Counted from the stretch's first letter, positions 1 to 10,915 are shown. The stretch: DNA of 64,000 nucleotides from Gammaproteobacteria bacterium (GCA_965116495.1 OZ220696.1:160001-224000), one strand, 5' to 3'. Made by a program: numbers and translations. Notes: generated by a model from the letters alone, not told the origin.

Positions 1-516
1 CCGGCCGCCTTCCACCATCGGGCCGTAGATACCGCGCGCGACCACGCCGCGCACACCTGTCTGTTCCAGTGCATCTGCCACGCCGATAATGGTTGTTTCA
101 TCCACCGGCGCGTAATGATTGTCGACTATGGCCGTGGTGCCGCACAGGACGCTGTTCAGCGCGCCCAGGTGCACCGCATGAATGGCGTCTTCCCGGCTGA
201 TCTCCGCCGCCAGCGGCATCATGAAGTTCGTCAGCCAGGGCAACAGGGACAGCCCGTCCCCCAGGGTTTTGCCCAGGTGCTGGAACAAATGGTTATGCCC
301 GTCGATCAAACCGGGCATCATGGTCAGTCCGGAAAAATCCACGCTACGCAGCGCTCCGGCGAATTGTGTCTCCAGCGCGGATGCGGGTCCTGTGGCGATA
401 ATTTCCTTACCGGCAACAGCTATTGCGCCATTGCGGATGCAGGGATTATCTTCATCCAGTGTGATGATGTCACCACCCTTGAAGAGAATATCTGCCACCT
501 GCTCGTCAGTTTTCAT
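1..516 (-). CDS. Metal-dependent amidohydrolase (TRZ/ATZ/MTA-SAH deaminase-like), runs off the window edge
   Basis: Own translation of the minus strand from ATG at 516: MKTDEQVADILFKGGDIITLDED...MMPGLIDGHNHLFQ...GTTAIVDNHY, with the PGLIDxHxH and GTT motifs. Not in the ORF track. Confidence 0.85.
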   Translation of the reverse strand, partial: MKTDEQVADILFKGGDIITLDEDNPCIRNGAIAVAGKEIIATGPASALETQFAGALRSVDFSGLTMMPGLIDGHNHLFQHLGKTLGDGLSLLPWLTNFMMPLAAEISREDAIHAVHLGALNSVLCGTTAIVDNHYAPVDETTIIGVADALEQTGVRGVVARGIYGPMVEGGR

Positions 517-642
517 CAAAGTTTACGGAGTTGTATGGCGTTAACGGGCCAGTTACTCAAGCTTAACATTATAAGGGATATTATTGTTTGCAGGGCAACG
601 CAGGATTTCGGGTTGTGCTACGATAATTGGAAATTCGCGAGG

Positions 643-1485
643 ATGGCTGACACATTATCTTGGCTTATGCTGAACAGGATTAATCTTGCGGGGTTTTCAG
701 GTATCGGGCCCAGGCTGCCGGTTGCCTTGTTTTATTGTGCGCTGGCGTGCTTCAGTACACCTGCATTTGCCGACTGGTACCAGGTGGAGGTGATCCTGTT
801 TGATTACATCAAGCCTGATGCTGATAATGAATGGTCGTATGAGAACCCGGGATTACCCGGACGCGATCAAACCATTGAATTGATCATGGGCACGGCAGAT
901 CCGGTGGCGGGAGAAACGGTTAATCCCATCGACGAAGCGGATTTAATGCCGTACCTGGCCTTGTCAAAAGACCGTTACCGCCTCGCCGGCGTCAACAGGG
1001 TGCTGGAGTTGTCAAGGGAATATCGGCCTCTGCTGCATGTCGCATGGCAGCAACCCGGACTTGACAGCCGCAACATCAGGGCCATCCACCTGGACAATAC
1101 CCAGTTTGATGAAGAGCCCGCAGGGCAGGCAGAACCGGAGCCGGGAGAGGAATGGGTCCGGCCGGAATACACGCCGCCGGTAAAGGTCTATGACGGCATT
1201 CTACGATTGCGGAAATCGCGCTTCCTGCACGTTGATATTGATTTTGCCTATTTCCCTGGTTCCATGGAACAGCCGATCCAGGGTTTGGCGGCGGGAACCG
1301 ATGACAATGAACTGTCCTCTGCAGACTACGTAAGACTGACGCAGAGCAGAAGGATCAGACTGGAGGAATTACACTATTTTGACCATCCTCTGTTTGGCCT
1401 GATTGTCCAGGTCAGCCGGATTGAAATCAGTGAGGACCCCGACAATCATCGGGATAGAGCAAACTCAGCCACTCCCAGCCAGTAA
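643..1485 (+). CDS. CsiV-family periplasmic peptidoglycan-binding protein
   Basis: Signal peptide, then WYQVEVILF, LLHVAWQQP, RLTQSRRIRLEELHYFDHPLFG. The track start at 115 is an antisense extension; the true start is 643 or 667. Confidence 0.75.
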   Translation: MADTLSWLMLNRINLAGFSGIGPRLPVALFYCALACFSTPAFADWYQVEVILFDYIKPDADNEWSYENPGLPGRDQTIELIMGTADPVAGETVNPIDEADLMPYLALSKDRYRLAGVNRVLELSREYRPLLHVAWQQPGLDSRNIRAIHLDNTQFDEEPAGQAEPEPGEEWVRPEYTPPVKVYDGILRLRKSRFLHVDIDFAYFPGSMEQPIQGLAAGTDDNELSSADYVRLTQSRRIRLEELHYFDHPLFGLIVQVSRIEISEDPDNHRDRANSATPSQ

Positions 1486-2331
1486 GGTCTTGCCGGCCCA
1501 GTTCCGGGCGAACTGGGCGGCGCTTCTGCCGCTACGCGTGCCTTTTTCCAGCGCCCACTGCAACGCGGCCTCACGTACCTGCTCGGGGTCGTCGATTTTC
1601 AACCCCGTCCTGGCCAGCCAGTGCAATGCAATCTGCAGGTATTGCTCCTGGTTGAACGGGTGGAACGATAACCAGATGCCGAAACGTTCCGACAATGAGA
1701 GCTTCTCTTCCACGGCTTCGCTATGGTGTATTTCGCCGTCAATCACTTTTGCCTCCAGGTTCTCCGACCTGAACTCCGGTATCAGGTGACGGCGGTTCGA
1801 GGTGGCGTAGATCAGGATGTTGTCGGGGATATCACTCACCGAACCGTCCAGCATGACCTTGAGAGACTTGTAACCGGGATCATTCGCATCGAAAGACAAG
1901 TCGTCACAATAGATGATGAATTTGCCCGCATAGCGATTCAGTTCATCACAGACGTCGTTTAAATCGGCCAGGTGGTCCCGCGCCAATTCCACCAGGCTCA
2001 GCCCCCGGTCCTGGTACTCAGTGAAAATGGCTTTGACCAGGGATGATTTACCGGTACCCCGCGGTCCCCACAACAGGACATTGTTTGCGGGATAACTGCT
2101 GATGAACTGTTCGGTGTTCGATCGAAGCGCGGTTTTTTGCCTTTCTATGCAAAGCAGGTCATCCAACCTGATTTCCCTGGAATATCCGATAGCCTCCAGG
2201 TGGGAGGACGTACCTTTACTGCGCCAGCGCATAAGCGGGGCAGCCTGTCTCGGTCGCGGAAATGGTGAAATAAGTTTCAGCCTGCCCAGCAGAGAACCGA
2301 ACCGGGCCTCCGTTTTATGTGTATTTGTCAT
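1465..2331 (-). CDS. DUF815-family AAA+ ATPase
   Basis: NNVLLWGPRGTGKSS Walker A, FIIYCDDLSF Walker B, YATSNRRHL, EEKLSLSERFG, RSGRSA. Confidence 0.9.
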   Translation of the reverse strand: MTNTHKTEARFGSLLGRLKLISPFPRPRQAAPLMRWRSKGTSSHLEAIGYSREIRLDDLLCIERQKTALRSNTEQFISSYPANNVLLWGPRGTGKSSLVKAIFTEYQDRGLSLVELARDHLADLNDVCDELNRYAGKFIIYCDDLSFDANDPGYKSLKVMLDGSVSDIPDNILIYATSNRRHLIPEFRSENLEAKVIDGEIHHSEAVEEKLSLSERFGIWLSFHPFNQEQYLQIALHWLARTGLKIDDPEQVREAALQWALEKGTRSGRSAAQFARNWAGKTLLAGSG

Positions 2332-2488
2332 TCTATGATTATATTATTGATTAATATGCCATTATACGCTTATATACGGCGCTTCCGGCAATTTTGCAAA
2401 ATCCGGATGTAAATATGCAGTTTCCCTGTGTAAATGTATAAGTCAGCTTTATAATAACGATTTAACTTTGGAAACAGGAAGGTGATGT

Positions 2489-3742
2489 ATGTTCAGCAGA
2501 GACATGACAATTGCAGGGTACGATGACGTACTCTACCGGGCCATGCAGGGGGAGAAGTCAAGGCAGGAAGAACACATAGAGTTGATCGCATCGGAAAACA
2601 ACGTCAGCCCCAGGGTGCTGGAGGCGCAGGGTTCCGTGCTGACCAATAAATATGCCGAAGGCTATCCGCGTAAACGGTATTATGGTGGCTGTGAATATGT
2701 AGACGTCGTTGAACAGCTTGCCATCGATCGTGCGAAACAACTGTTCGGTGCGGATTACGCCAACGTACAGCCCCATTCCGGTTCCCAGGCAAACGGCGCA
2801 GTTTATCTCGCGCTGTGCCAACCGGGCGACACCATCATGGGAATGAGTCTTGCTCATGGCGGGCACCTGACCCACGGAGCATCGGTCAGCGTTTCGGGAA
2901 GATTATATAACGCGGTGCAGTACGGGCTCGATGTGAATACCGGTGAGATTGATTATGACGCTGCGGAACAACTTGCCCTGGAACATAAACCACGGCTGAT
3001 TATGACCGGCTTTTCCGCGTACTCACGCAGGCTGGACTGGCAGAGGTTCAGGGATATCGCAGATAAAACAGGCGCCTGCCTGGTAGCCGACATAGCCCAC
3101 GTGGCCGGATTGATCGCCGCCGGACTGTATCCCAGCCCAGTCAACATCGCGGACGTGACGACGACCACGACTCACAAGACCTTGCGCGGACCCCGTTCCG
3201 GCCTGATCCTGGCCAAAGCCAACCCGGAAATTGAAAAGAAGCTGAATTTTACGGTTTTTCCATCCTACCAGGGTGGGCCATTGATGCATGTGATTGCCGC
3301 AAAAGCCGTTGCGTTCAAGGAAGCCATGGAGCCGGAATTCAAGGCCTACCAGCAACAGGTTATAGATAATGCGCGCGCTATGGCGGAGGTCTTTATCCAA
3401 CGGGGTATAGACGTCGTTTCCGGCGGGACCGACAACCACCTGTTCCTGGTCAGCCTGGTCAGCAAGGGCATAACGGGTAAGGACCTGGACGCGGCCCTGG
3501 ACCGGGCCAACATCACGGTGAATAAAAACGCGGTACCCAATGACCCGCAATCACCTTTCGTCACCAGCGGTATCCGTATCGGCAGCCCGTCCATCACTAC
3601 CCGCGGCTTCAGGGAAGCCGAGTCCACGCAGGTCGCCTCGTGGATTTGTGACATCATCGGCAACATGGGGGATGAGACGCTGATTGAGAAGATAAAGGGA
3701 GAAGTGAAGGCATTGTGCAAACGTTTTCCCATGTATGCCTGA
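2489..3742 (+). CDS. glyA: Serine hydroxymethyltransferase
   Basis: [29 protein letters not shown]-lysine motif. Confidence 0.98.
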   Translation: MFSRDMTIAGYDDVLYRAMQGEKSRQEEHIELIASENNVSPRVLEAQGSVLTNKYAEGYPRKRYYGGCEYVDVVEQLAIDRAKQLFGADYANVQPHSGSQANGAVYLALCQPGDTIMGMSLAHGGHLTHGASVSVSGRLYNAVQYGLDVNTGEIDYDAAEQLALEHKPRLIMTGFSAYSRRLDWQRFRDIADKTGACLVADIAHVAGLIAAGLYPSPVNIADVTTTTTHKTLRGPRSGLILAKANPEIEKKLNFTVFPSYQGGPLMHVIAAKAVAFKEAMEPEFKAYQQQVIDNARAMAEVFIQRGIDVVSGGTDNHLFLVSLVSKGITGKDLDAALDRANITVNKNAVPNDPQSPFVTSGIRIGSPSITTRGFREAESTQVASWICDIIGNMGDETLIEKIKGEVKALCKRFPMYA

Positions 3743-3751
3743 ATATGTGTT

Positions 3752-4258
3752 ATGCGTTGCCCGTTCTGTTCATTTGAGGATACCAGGGTCATAGACTCCA
3801 GGATGGCCGCCGAGGGCGACCTGGTCAGGCGCCGGCGTGAATGCATGGAATGCAGGGAACGCTTTACCACCTATGAGGCGGCTGAGTTCAATTACCCCAG
3901 GGTTATCAAATCCGACGGCCGGCGCGAACAGTTCATCGAGGACAAACTGCGTTCCGGTATTTTACGTTCCCTGGAGAAACGGCCGGTTGCGATGGAGAAG
4001 GTGGAAATTGCCATTGCCCGTATCAAACACAAGCTGCGCTCACTGGGCGAGAGGGAAGTAAAGTCGAGAAAAGTAGGGGACTGGGTCATGGAAGAATTAA
4101 AGTCTGTGGACCAGGTGGCATACCTTCGCTTTGCTTCCGTGTATCAGAGTTTTGCCGATGTCAGGGCATTTCTGGATGAGATTGAAAAGCTGGAAGACGA
4201 AATGCCCCCGGAATTGAAAAAATCCCAATTGGACCTGCTCAACGAGCGTGATAACTGA
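3752..4258 (+). CDS. nrdR: Transcriptional repressor NrdR
   Basis: MRCPFC...[17 protein letters not shown] zinc ribbon, ATP cone, [10 protein letters not shown]. Confidence 0.97.
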   Translation: MRCPFCSFEDTRVIDSRMAAEGDLVRRRRECMECRERFTTYEAAEFNYPRVIKSDGRREQFIEDKLRSGILRSLEKRPVAMEKVEIAIARIKHKLRSLGEREVKSRKVGDWVMEELKSVDQVAYLRFASVYQSFADVRAFLDEIEKLEDEMPPELKKSQLDLLNERDN

Positions 4259-5357
4259 AGTGATCTGGACCGCAGCCGATACCTCTTGCATGGCCCGCGC
4301 CCTGGAACTGGCGGAGAAGGGCCGGTTCAGCACCCATCCCAATCCCCGGGTAGGGTGCGTCATAGCCCGGAATGGCAAGGCGCTCAGCGCCGGCTGGCAT
4401 CGCAAGGCCGGTGAGCCACATGCCGAGATCAACGCGCTGCATGATGCTTCCTGCAATTTGCAGGGCGCTACGGCCTACGTCTCGCTTGAGCCCTGTTCCC
4501 ATCACGGGCGCACGCCGCCTTGTACCGAAGCCCTTATCAGGTCCGGTATAAGCCGGGTCGTGATAGCCGCGTCAGACCCGAACCCGCAGGTGTCCGGCGC
4601 AGGCATACAGGCATTAAGGGGCGCCGGTATTGCCGTTGAAACCGGCTTGATGGCGGAAGCGGCAAACGAACTGAATAAAGGGTTCATTTCCAGGATGACG
4701 CGGGGACGGCCCCACGTGCGTTGTAAATCAGCCGTCAGTCTTGACGGGAAAACAGCACTGGCCGGGGGGGCAAGCCGGTGGATCACCGGCCCGACTGCCC
4801 GGCAGGACGTGCAGGAACTCAGGGCGGCAAGCTCAGCCGTCATGACCGGTATCAATACCGTATTGGCCGATGACCCGCGCCTGGACGTGCGCGCCGTGGA
4901 CACCGGGGGCAGGCAACCCCTGAGGGTAGTGCTTGACAGGGAGTTGAGGTTTCCCCCCGGCGCGCAAATGCTTGGTCTGGACGGGACGACCATCCTGTTC
5001 ACCAGGAATGGGGACGAACAGCTTCACGGGAGCCTGGAACGCGCCGGGGCCCGTGTCCGGTTTATCGACGGCAGTGAGGACGATTTCCCGGACACCGTAG
5101 TGCGGGAACTGGCGCTGACTTACGAAGTGAACGACCTGTTGCTGGAGGCGGGGGCGAAGCTGTCTGGAACCATGCTGGCCCGGGGCCTGATCGATGAACT
5201 GGTGGTCTACCAGGCGCCGATCATATTGGGTGCTGCTGCTGTCGATATGATGGAGACGCCCGTCGTCACGGATATGAATGATCGGTATGAGATGGAATTG
5301 GTGGATTACCGCCGGTTTGATGAGGACTGGCGTTTTGTATTCAAGCCGGGCCATTAA
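4248..5357 (+). CDS. ribD: Riboflavin biosynthesis deaminase/reductase RibD
   Basis: [35 protein letters not shown]. Confidence 0.96.
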   Translation: MITEVIWTAADTSCMARALELAEKGRFSTHPNPRVGCVIARNGKALSAGWHRKAGEPHAEINALHDASCNLQGATAYVSLEPCSHHGRTPPCTEALIRSGISRVVIAASDPNPQVSGAGIQALRGAGIAVETGLMAEAANELNKGFISRMTRGRPHVRCKSAVSLDGKTALAGGASRWITGPTARQDVQELRAASSAVMTGINTVLADDPRLDVRAVDTGGRQPLRVVLDRELRFPPGAQMLGLDGTTILFTRNGDEQLHGSLERAGARVRFIDGSEDDFPDTVVRELALTYEVNDLLLEAGAKLSGTMLARGLIDELVVYQAPIILGAAAVDMMETPVVTDMNDRYEMELVDYRRFDEDWRFVFKPGH

Positions 5358-5372
5358 AACATCTATGCGCAG

Positions 5373-5828
5373 ATGACGCAGATGAAAGCGGATAAAAACG
5401 GCCGGTCCATAAGTGCGCGGGTAAGGGCCAGGCGCTCTGCCGTGCAGGCCCTGTACCAGTGGTTTTTAACCGAACAGCCGATGATTGACATCATCACTGA
5501 ATTTGAGCTCGAAAGAGTGGAATTGAAGAAAGCCGATGAGGATTATTTCCGGGATATTCTGGGTGGCAGCGCCAGGAATTCGGCGGCGATAAATGACGCC
5601 CTGGCGCCCTTCCTGGATCGGCCCCTGCATGAACTGGACCCGGTCACCAGGGCCGTACTGCACCTGGGCATGTATGAACTCAAATACCAGCCGTCATTGC
5701 CGTGGCGCGTGGTACTGAATGAATCCATAGAACTGGCAAGGGTTTTCGGAGCAGAGGATTCCTACAAATACATCAACGGGGTACTGGACCAGGCCGTGCG
5801 CAAGCTTCGCCTGGACGTCGCTGAGTAA
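5373..5828 (+). CDS. nusB: Transcription antitermination factor NusB
   Basis: RARRSAVQALYQW, VVLNESIELA, YINGVLD. Confidence 0.95.
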   Translation: MTQMKADKNGRSISARVRARRSAVQALYQWFLTEQPMIDIITEFELERVELKKADEDYFRDILGGSARNSAAINDALAPFLDRPLHELDPVTRAVLHLGMYELKYQPSLPWRVVLNESIELARVFGAEDSYKYINGVLDQAVRKLRLDVAE

Positions 5829-5851
5829 ACCGTATTCAGGACAATACCTGA

Positions 5852-6799
5852 ATGTCACTGACTGAATTCAGCGCCATCAAAAAGTATTTTGCCGGATTGA
5901 CCCCCGGGGGGCGCGGCGTCATGCTCGGTGTGGGTGATGATGCAGCTATCCTGGCCGTTGATACGGACTCTCACATCGTGGTCACGACCGACAGCCTGGT
6001 CTCCGGCGTCCATTTTTTCCCTGATGCGGATCCCGCCGACATCGGCTACAAGGCGCTGGCCGTCAACCTCAGCGATATGGCCGCCATGGCTGCCGAACCG
6101 CGCTGGATTACCCTGGCGCTGACCCTGTCGGAGGACCGGATGACCCATGCCTGGCTGGACGGGTTCGCCCGCGGCCTGGTGCAACTGGCCGGACAATACG
6201 AGGTTCCACTTGTCGGCGGGGATCTCTGTAAAGGACCCACTGCAGTGACAATCCAGGTCATCGGGGAGTGCCTCAAGGACCGGGAAGTGCGGCGCGACGG
6301 CGCCAACGCAGGTGACTTGATCTATGTCAGCGGACCCACAGGCAGCGCGGCTTTTGCATTGGCGCTGCTCAAGTCCGGCCGGACTCCCCAGGCTGATTGT
6401 TACAGGCGCCTGCTCAGGCCCACCCCGCGGGTGGAGTTGGGGGTCTCCCTGCGCGGGATCGCAAGCGCTATGATCGACATTTCGGATGGACTGCTTGCAG
6501 ACCTGCGCCACCTGCTTGAAGCCGGTGGCGCAGGCGCCCTGGTTAATATTGATTCAATTCCGGTCGACCCATACCTGGATAACGGGTGTACGCCTGCAGA
6601 AAAGTGGCGCCACGTACTCAGCGGCGGCGATGATTACGAATTGTGTTTTACCGTGCCCCCGGCAAGACAGCAGGCATTGGAACAAACCGGCCATCCGGTA
6701 TACCGTATCGGCACGATCACGGCGGGGAAGGGACTGCGCTGTATAAGAAATGACGGCTCCGAACATTTCCCTGAGGGCGCGGGATATTCACATTTCTAA
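5852..6799 (+). CDS. thiL: Thiamine-phosphate kinase
   Basis: GVGDDAA, AVNLSDMAAM, DISDGL, GGDDYEL. Confidence 0.96.
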   Translation: MSLTEFSAIKKYFAGLTPGGRGVMLGVGDDAAILAVDTDSHIVVTTDSLVSGVHFFPDADPADIGYKALAVNLSDMAAMAAEPRWITLALTLSEDRMTHAWLDGFARGLVQLAGQYEVPLVGGDLCKGPTAVTIQVIGECLKDREVRRDGANAGDLIYVSGPTGSAAFALALLKSGRTPQADCYRRLLRPTPRVELGVSLRGIASAMIDISDGLLADLRHLLEAGGAGALVNIDSIPVDPYLDNGCTPAEKWRHVLSGGDDYELCFTVPPARQQALEQTGHPVYRIGTITAGKGLRCIRNDGSEHFPEGAGYSHF

Positions 6800-6858
6800 G
6801 TGCTTGACGGCCAGCGATGACCGGGCCGGCAGTTCCCTAACTCCTGCCTGAAACCAGG

Positions 6859-6927
6859 GGTCAGAGTAAAAATACGGTCAATCCGGTGGATTGTATTGCT
6901 GTGCTATCAAGTATTTTTACTCTGACC
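6859..6927. repeat. Inverted-repeat element, GGTCAGAGTAAAAA family
   Basis: 17-bp perfect inverted repeat ggtcagagtaaaaatac (6859-6875) / gtatttttactctgacc (6911-6927); related copy at 31594-31665. Confidence 0.8.
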
Positions 6928-7042
6928 TTGAATATCACGGCATAACAGCGGGCGTCGCCGTGAGCGGGTGTTTTTCCTTGACTGGCGGCACAGGGAGGCG
7001 CTAAAGTTAACAGGTTGATAATGCATTGTAGCGGAAATCATC

Positions 7043-7789
7043 ATGACCTACTGCGTAGCTGTAACGACTGAGAAAGGCTTGGTCTTCGTATCGGACTCCC
7101 GCACCAACGCGGGGGTCGATAACGTCAGTTCGTACAGCAAGATGCACAGGTTTGAAACCGGTGCTGACCGCCGCTTCGTGTTATTGTCGTCCGGCAATCT
7201 CGCTACCACCCAGGGGTTGGTTCAGCAGTTGGACAAGGATATACAGCAGTGCTCGCCATGGAACCTGATGACGGTCGCCAGTATGACTGACGCGGCGGAG
7301 TATATCGGCAATGCCAGTGTCCTCCAGCAAGGAAAACACAACAATACGGGCATTAATTTTGAGGCCAGTTTTATTATCGGCGGCCAGATCACCGGTTCGA
7401 GGCCCGAAATCTACCTGGTTTATCCGCAGGGCAATTACATTACGACGTCGGTATATACTCCCTACCTGCAGATAGGTGAGGGCAAATACGGCAAGACTAT
7501 TCTGGACCGGATACTGACCCCGGAACTGAGCCTGGAAACGGCTGTGTTATGCACCATGGTGTCAATGGATTCCACCATGCACAGCAACGTGACGGTGGGC
7601 CCTCCCATTGAAGTAGCCATCTATCCCGCGGATAGTTTTTCCCTGGACAGCTATTACTGTCTCGAAGAACACAGCGAATACCTGAGAGAACTGAGAAGAA
7701 GCTGGGACAGGAACCTGAAAGAAGCCTTTAACAATCTGCCGCCAATTGCCTGGGCCACCAACTGGGACGAGAAACAGAATAAGCGCTAG
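7043..7789 (+). CDS. Anbu proteasome-type Ntn protease
   Basis: Begins MTYCV (Thr nucleophile after Met removal); SDSRTNAGVD, GNLATTQ, QIGEGKYGK, VSMDSTMHSNVTVGPP. Confidence 0.92.
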   Translation: MTYCVAVTTEKGLVFVSDSRTNAGVDNVSSYSKMHRFETGADRRFVLLSSGNLATTQGLVQQLDKDIQQCSPWNLMTVASMTDAAEYIGNASVLQQGKHNNTGINFEASFIIGGQITGSRPEIYLVYPQGNYITTSVYTPYLQIGEGKYGKTILDRILTPELSLETAVLCTMVSMDSTMHSNVTVGPPIEVAIYPADSFSLDSYYCLEEHSEYLRELRRSWDRNLKEAFNNLPPIAWATNWDEKQNKR

Positions 7790-7870
7790 CGTCGTAGCGG
7801 CAGGGGCGTCGGCAGGGCGCGGATTTGAAATCCGTCCCCGGTTGGTTCCCCGGTCACTACACAACTGCGG

Positions 7871-8806
7871 CTAATGCCTGAACCACGCATGTTCCACTTG
7901 TGCATGGATCTCACCCAGGCCAAGCTGTATTTTATCTACACATTCATGTAACACGCTCTGTTCCATCATGCCGATGGTGTCGGCCTCCCGCACCATGTCC
8001 CGGATAAGTACAAGTGTTTGCAGGGGCTGCTCATTTCCGGGCAGGCGCACCAGGTGGGTGTGGATTTCTTCCAGGCAATGAGAAACACTGCGCGGCGCAT
8101 CGACGTATTTCAGCAGAAAATCAACCACGTCTTCGCCATTGGGACGTACCTTGACGTGTTGCCGGTAGATCTGGTAGCTGCTTAAGGAGTTCAGGACGTT
8201 CAACCATAACAATTCGGCAAAGGCTGCGGCAGTATCGCCTTCGGCGGGCAGGAGATTGACGCAGCCCACGTCGATGATACGGGTGCTCATATCGGCCCGT
8301 TCCAGGTTTCTGCCGATGCGCACAAAGCTGTAGGCGCTGCCGCGGCTCATGCCGCTGAACAGCATTCCCATTATCTGTCTGCAATAGCGGATAACGCTGT
8401 TAAGGTACTTATGACGCTCTCCGGGCCTCATGCCTGCTGCCGAATTTTTTTTAACGTACAGGTAAAACTCATTAATGGTTTCCCAGGCTTCTACAGGGAG
8501 TATTTCCCGGGAGCTGCGCGCGTTTTCACGGGCCCCGCGCACGCAACAGGCCATTGAAGAAGGGTTGGTTTCATCGCTCAGCATAAACTGCAGGACGTTT
8601 TTCTCGTCGGCTTTCCCATAGGCGCGATAAAACGCATCATTACTCCCTGTTATGTCAATCATGTTAGCCCAGGTCTGTTTGAAAGGACGGGGCAAATCCA
8701 TGATCAGGTTGGCATTGACATTGACGAGGCGTGCGGTATTCTCCGCCCGCTCAACGTGGCGCCCGTACCAGTATAATTGCTCCGCGACCCGGGACAGCAT
8801 GGTCAT
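7871..8806 (-). CDS. Alpha-E domain protein (DUF403)
   Basis: MLSRVAEQLYWYGRHVERAENTAR and IGRNLERADMSTR (two ER motifs). Confidence 0.92.
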   Translation of the reverse strand: MTMLSRVAEQLYWYGRHVERAENTARLVNVNANLIMDLPRPFKQTWANMIDITGSNDAFYRAYGKADEKNVLQFMLSDETNPSSMACCVRGARENARSSREILPVEAWETINEFYLYVKKNSAAGMRPGERHKYLNSVIRYCRQIMGMLFSGMSRGSAYSFVRIGRNLERADMSTRIIDVGCVNLLPAEGDTAAAFAELLWLNVLNSLSSYQIYRQHVKVRPNGEDVVDFLLKYVDAPRSVSHCLEEIHTHLVRLPGNEQPLQTLVLIRDMVREADTIGMMEQSVLHECVDKIQLGLGEIHAQVEHAWFRH

Positions 8807-10248
8807 TCCTTGTTCCTGGCGATTATCCAGGTATCCTTGCTGCCGCCTCCCTGTGATGAGTTCACTATCAGTGAATCTCGTACCAGGGCGACCCGTGTAA
8901 GCCCGCCTGCCGTCACGTATGAATGATCACCCTGCAGGACAAACGGCCTGAGGTCCACGTGGCGGGGCTCGATGCGCTTGCCGCACAAGGTGGGTACGGT
9001 GGATAAGTTGACGACCGGCTGGGCGATATAGTTACGGGGGTCGTTCCTGACCCGGCCCGCGGCCTGCGCCAGTTCGTGCTTGCTCGCCTGCGCTCCGATG
9101 ACAATGCCGTAGCCGCCGGATTCATTGACCGGTTTGATGACCAGCCGCTCCAGGTTGGCGAGGACGTAGCGCCGCTGTTTGTCATCATCACAGCGGTAGC
9201 TGGGAACGTTGGGCAGCAGCGGTTCTTCATCCAGGTAATAACGGATCATGTCGGGGACATAAGTATAGACCAGCTTGTCGTCCGCTACGCCGGCGCCGGG
9301 GGCATTGGCGATGGCTACCTTGCCTTTTTGCCAAGCGCGCATGATGCCGGGCACTCCCAGCAGCGAGTCTTTGCGGAATACCTCGGGATCCAGAAACAGG
9401 TCGTCGACGCGGCGATAAACGACATCGGCCCGTACCAGGCCGGCAATGGTCTTCATGTACACGCAGTCATCTTCGCCAACCACCAGGTCAGACCCCTCAA
9501 CCAGTTCTGCGCCCAGTTGGTGCGCCAGAAAGGAGTGCTCGAAATAAGCAGAATTATAGACACCCGGTGTCAGTACCACGACTTCCGGATAATCCTGCGG
9601 GCGCGGCGAGATGGAATTCAGCATGTCGAACAGCTGCATGGTGTAGCCGTCCAGGTGCCTGATGGAATACTCCTCGAACAGTTCCGGAAAGGTGAGCTTG
9701 GTCAACCTCCGGTTTTCCAGCATGTAAGAAACGCCCGAGGGAACCCGCAGGTTGTCTTCCAGCACGTACATGACACCATCACTGTCACGCACCAGGTCGG
9801 TGCCGCAGATATGTGCCCAGACCCCCATCAGCGGCTTCATGCCGATGCATTCACTGCGGAAATTTTTAGATGTATTGAGGATATATTCCGGGAATATCCG
9901 GTCCCTGATAATCTTCCGTTCGTTGTAGACGTCGGAAATAAACAGGTTGAGCGCGGTCAAGCGCTGGATCAGGCCTTTCTCAATCCGTTTCCATTCGTTA
10001 TGCAGGATGATCCGGGGGATAACGTCATAGGGCCACTCCCTGTCGATATTGCCCGCTTCACTGTAGACGGTAAAGGTGATGCCCATGGTTGAAATGGACT
10101 GCTCGGCATCCCGCCTGCGCGCGGCCAGTTCCCTGTAACTCAGCCGCTTCAGCGTATCCAGCAAACGGCCCAGACCGGCCCGTGCCTGTAATCGCGGCGT
10201 CAGTAATTCATCGTATAACCCTTCTATCGGATAATGGTCCAGTTTCAT
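8803..10248 (-). CDS. Circularly permuted type-2 ATP-grasp protein
   Basis: VLEDNLRVPSGVSY, NSAYFEHSFLA, YRRVDDLFLDP, RHVDLRPF, NSSQGGGSKDTW; ATG at 10248. Confidence 0.93.
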   Translation of the reverse strand: MKLDHYPIEGLYDELLTPRLQARAGLGRLLDTLKRLSYRELAARRRDAEQSISTMGITFTVYSEAGNIDREWPYDVIPRIILHNEWKRIEKGLIQRLTALNLFISDVYNERKIIRDRIFPEYILNTSKNFRSECIGMKPLMGVWAHICGTDLVRDSDGVMYVLEDNLRVPSGVSYMLENRRLTKLTFPELFEEYSIRHLDGYTMQLFDMLNSISPRPQDYPEVVVLTPGVYNSAYFEHSFLAHQLGAELVEGSDLVVGEDDCVYMKTIAGLVRADVVYRRVDDLFLDPEVFRKDSLLGVPGIMRAWQKGKVAIANAPGAGVADDKLVYTYVPDMIRYYLDEEPLLPNVPSYRCDDDKQRRYVLANLERLVIKPVNESGGYGIVIGAQASKHELAQAAGRVRNDPRNYIAQPVVNLSTVPTLCGKRIEPRHVDLRPFVLQGDHSYVTAGGLTRVALVRDSLIVNSSQGGGSKDTWIIARNKE

Positions 10249-10285
10249 TAATCTTGTTCGGTGACAGGTAGCCGGATACCCCTTT

Positions 10286-10915
10286 TCAGCCTTTGACGGC
10301 AGCCGCCTCCCTGGCCCTGGCTCGTTGCAGTGCCGCCCTGCCCAGTACCGAAGCGGCATAGTCTTTTACGTTCTGAAATTCAACGGGTTGTTTTGCGGTA
10401 CGGGCCCAGGACAAGGTGTGGCCGACCAGGATATCCGCGGCGCTGAAAATGTCTCCAAGGATAAATTTATTTCCATCCAGCCCCTGGCTGAGTATCTTCA
10501 ATGCCTTTTGAAATTCCCATTCGGCAGTTTCGAATACCGCTGGCACGCGTTTGTCCGCAGGCAGTACAAATTTGTGTTTTCCCTTGGTCCACAGGGGTTG
10601 TTCAAGTTCCGACAATACAAAGTAACACCACTGGTCGTGTTTTGCGCGTGCGGCTGTACCAGCGGGAGGGACCAGTTTTTTCTCCGGGAATTTATCGCCA
10701 AGGTAGGTCACTATGGCTGCCGATTCGGTCAGAACCAGGTCCCCGTCACGGATTGCCGGGACTTTTCCGGCCGGGTTGATCTTTAAATATTCCTTGTAGG
10801 CAACCTCGTTGCTGCCCAATGGAACCAGGGTGAATTCATAGTCCTCCTCAAGCTCTTCCAGCATCCAGGTGACCCTGAGACTGCGCGAATTGGGATAGTT
10901 GAATAATTGAATCAT
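10286..10915 (-). CDS. Glutathione S-transferase family protein
   Basis: SRSLRVTWMLEEL, INPAGKVP, LTESAAI, FSAADI; GAGAGG RBS before ATG at 10915. Confidence 0.93.
   Translation of the reverse strand: MIQLFNYPNSRSLRVTWMLEELEEDYEFTLVPLGSNEVAYKEYLKINPAGKVPAIRDGDLVLTESAAIVTYLGDKFPEKKLVPPAGTAARAKHDQWCYFVLSELEQPLWTKGKHKFVLPADKRVPAVFETAEWEFQKALKILSQGLDGNKFILGDIFSAADILVGHTLSWARTAKQPVEFQNVKDYAASVLGRAALQRARAREAAAVKG

Noticed and set aside
115-642. N-terminal 176 aa of the 456-aa track ORF
   Set aside because: Antisense shadow of the minus-strand amidohydrolase; the CsiV-like protein starts at about 643-667.
9076-10092. 338-aa plus-strand ORF
   Set aside because: Antisense to the well-conserved ATP-grasp gene, with no recognisable motifs.
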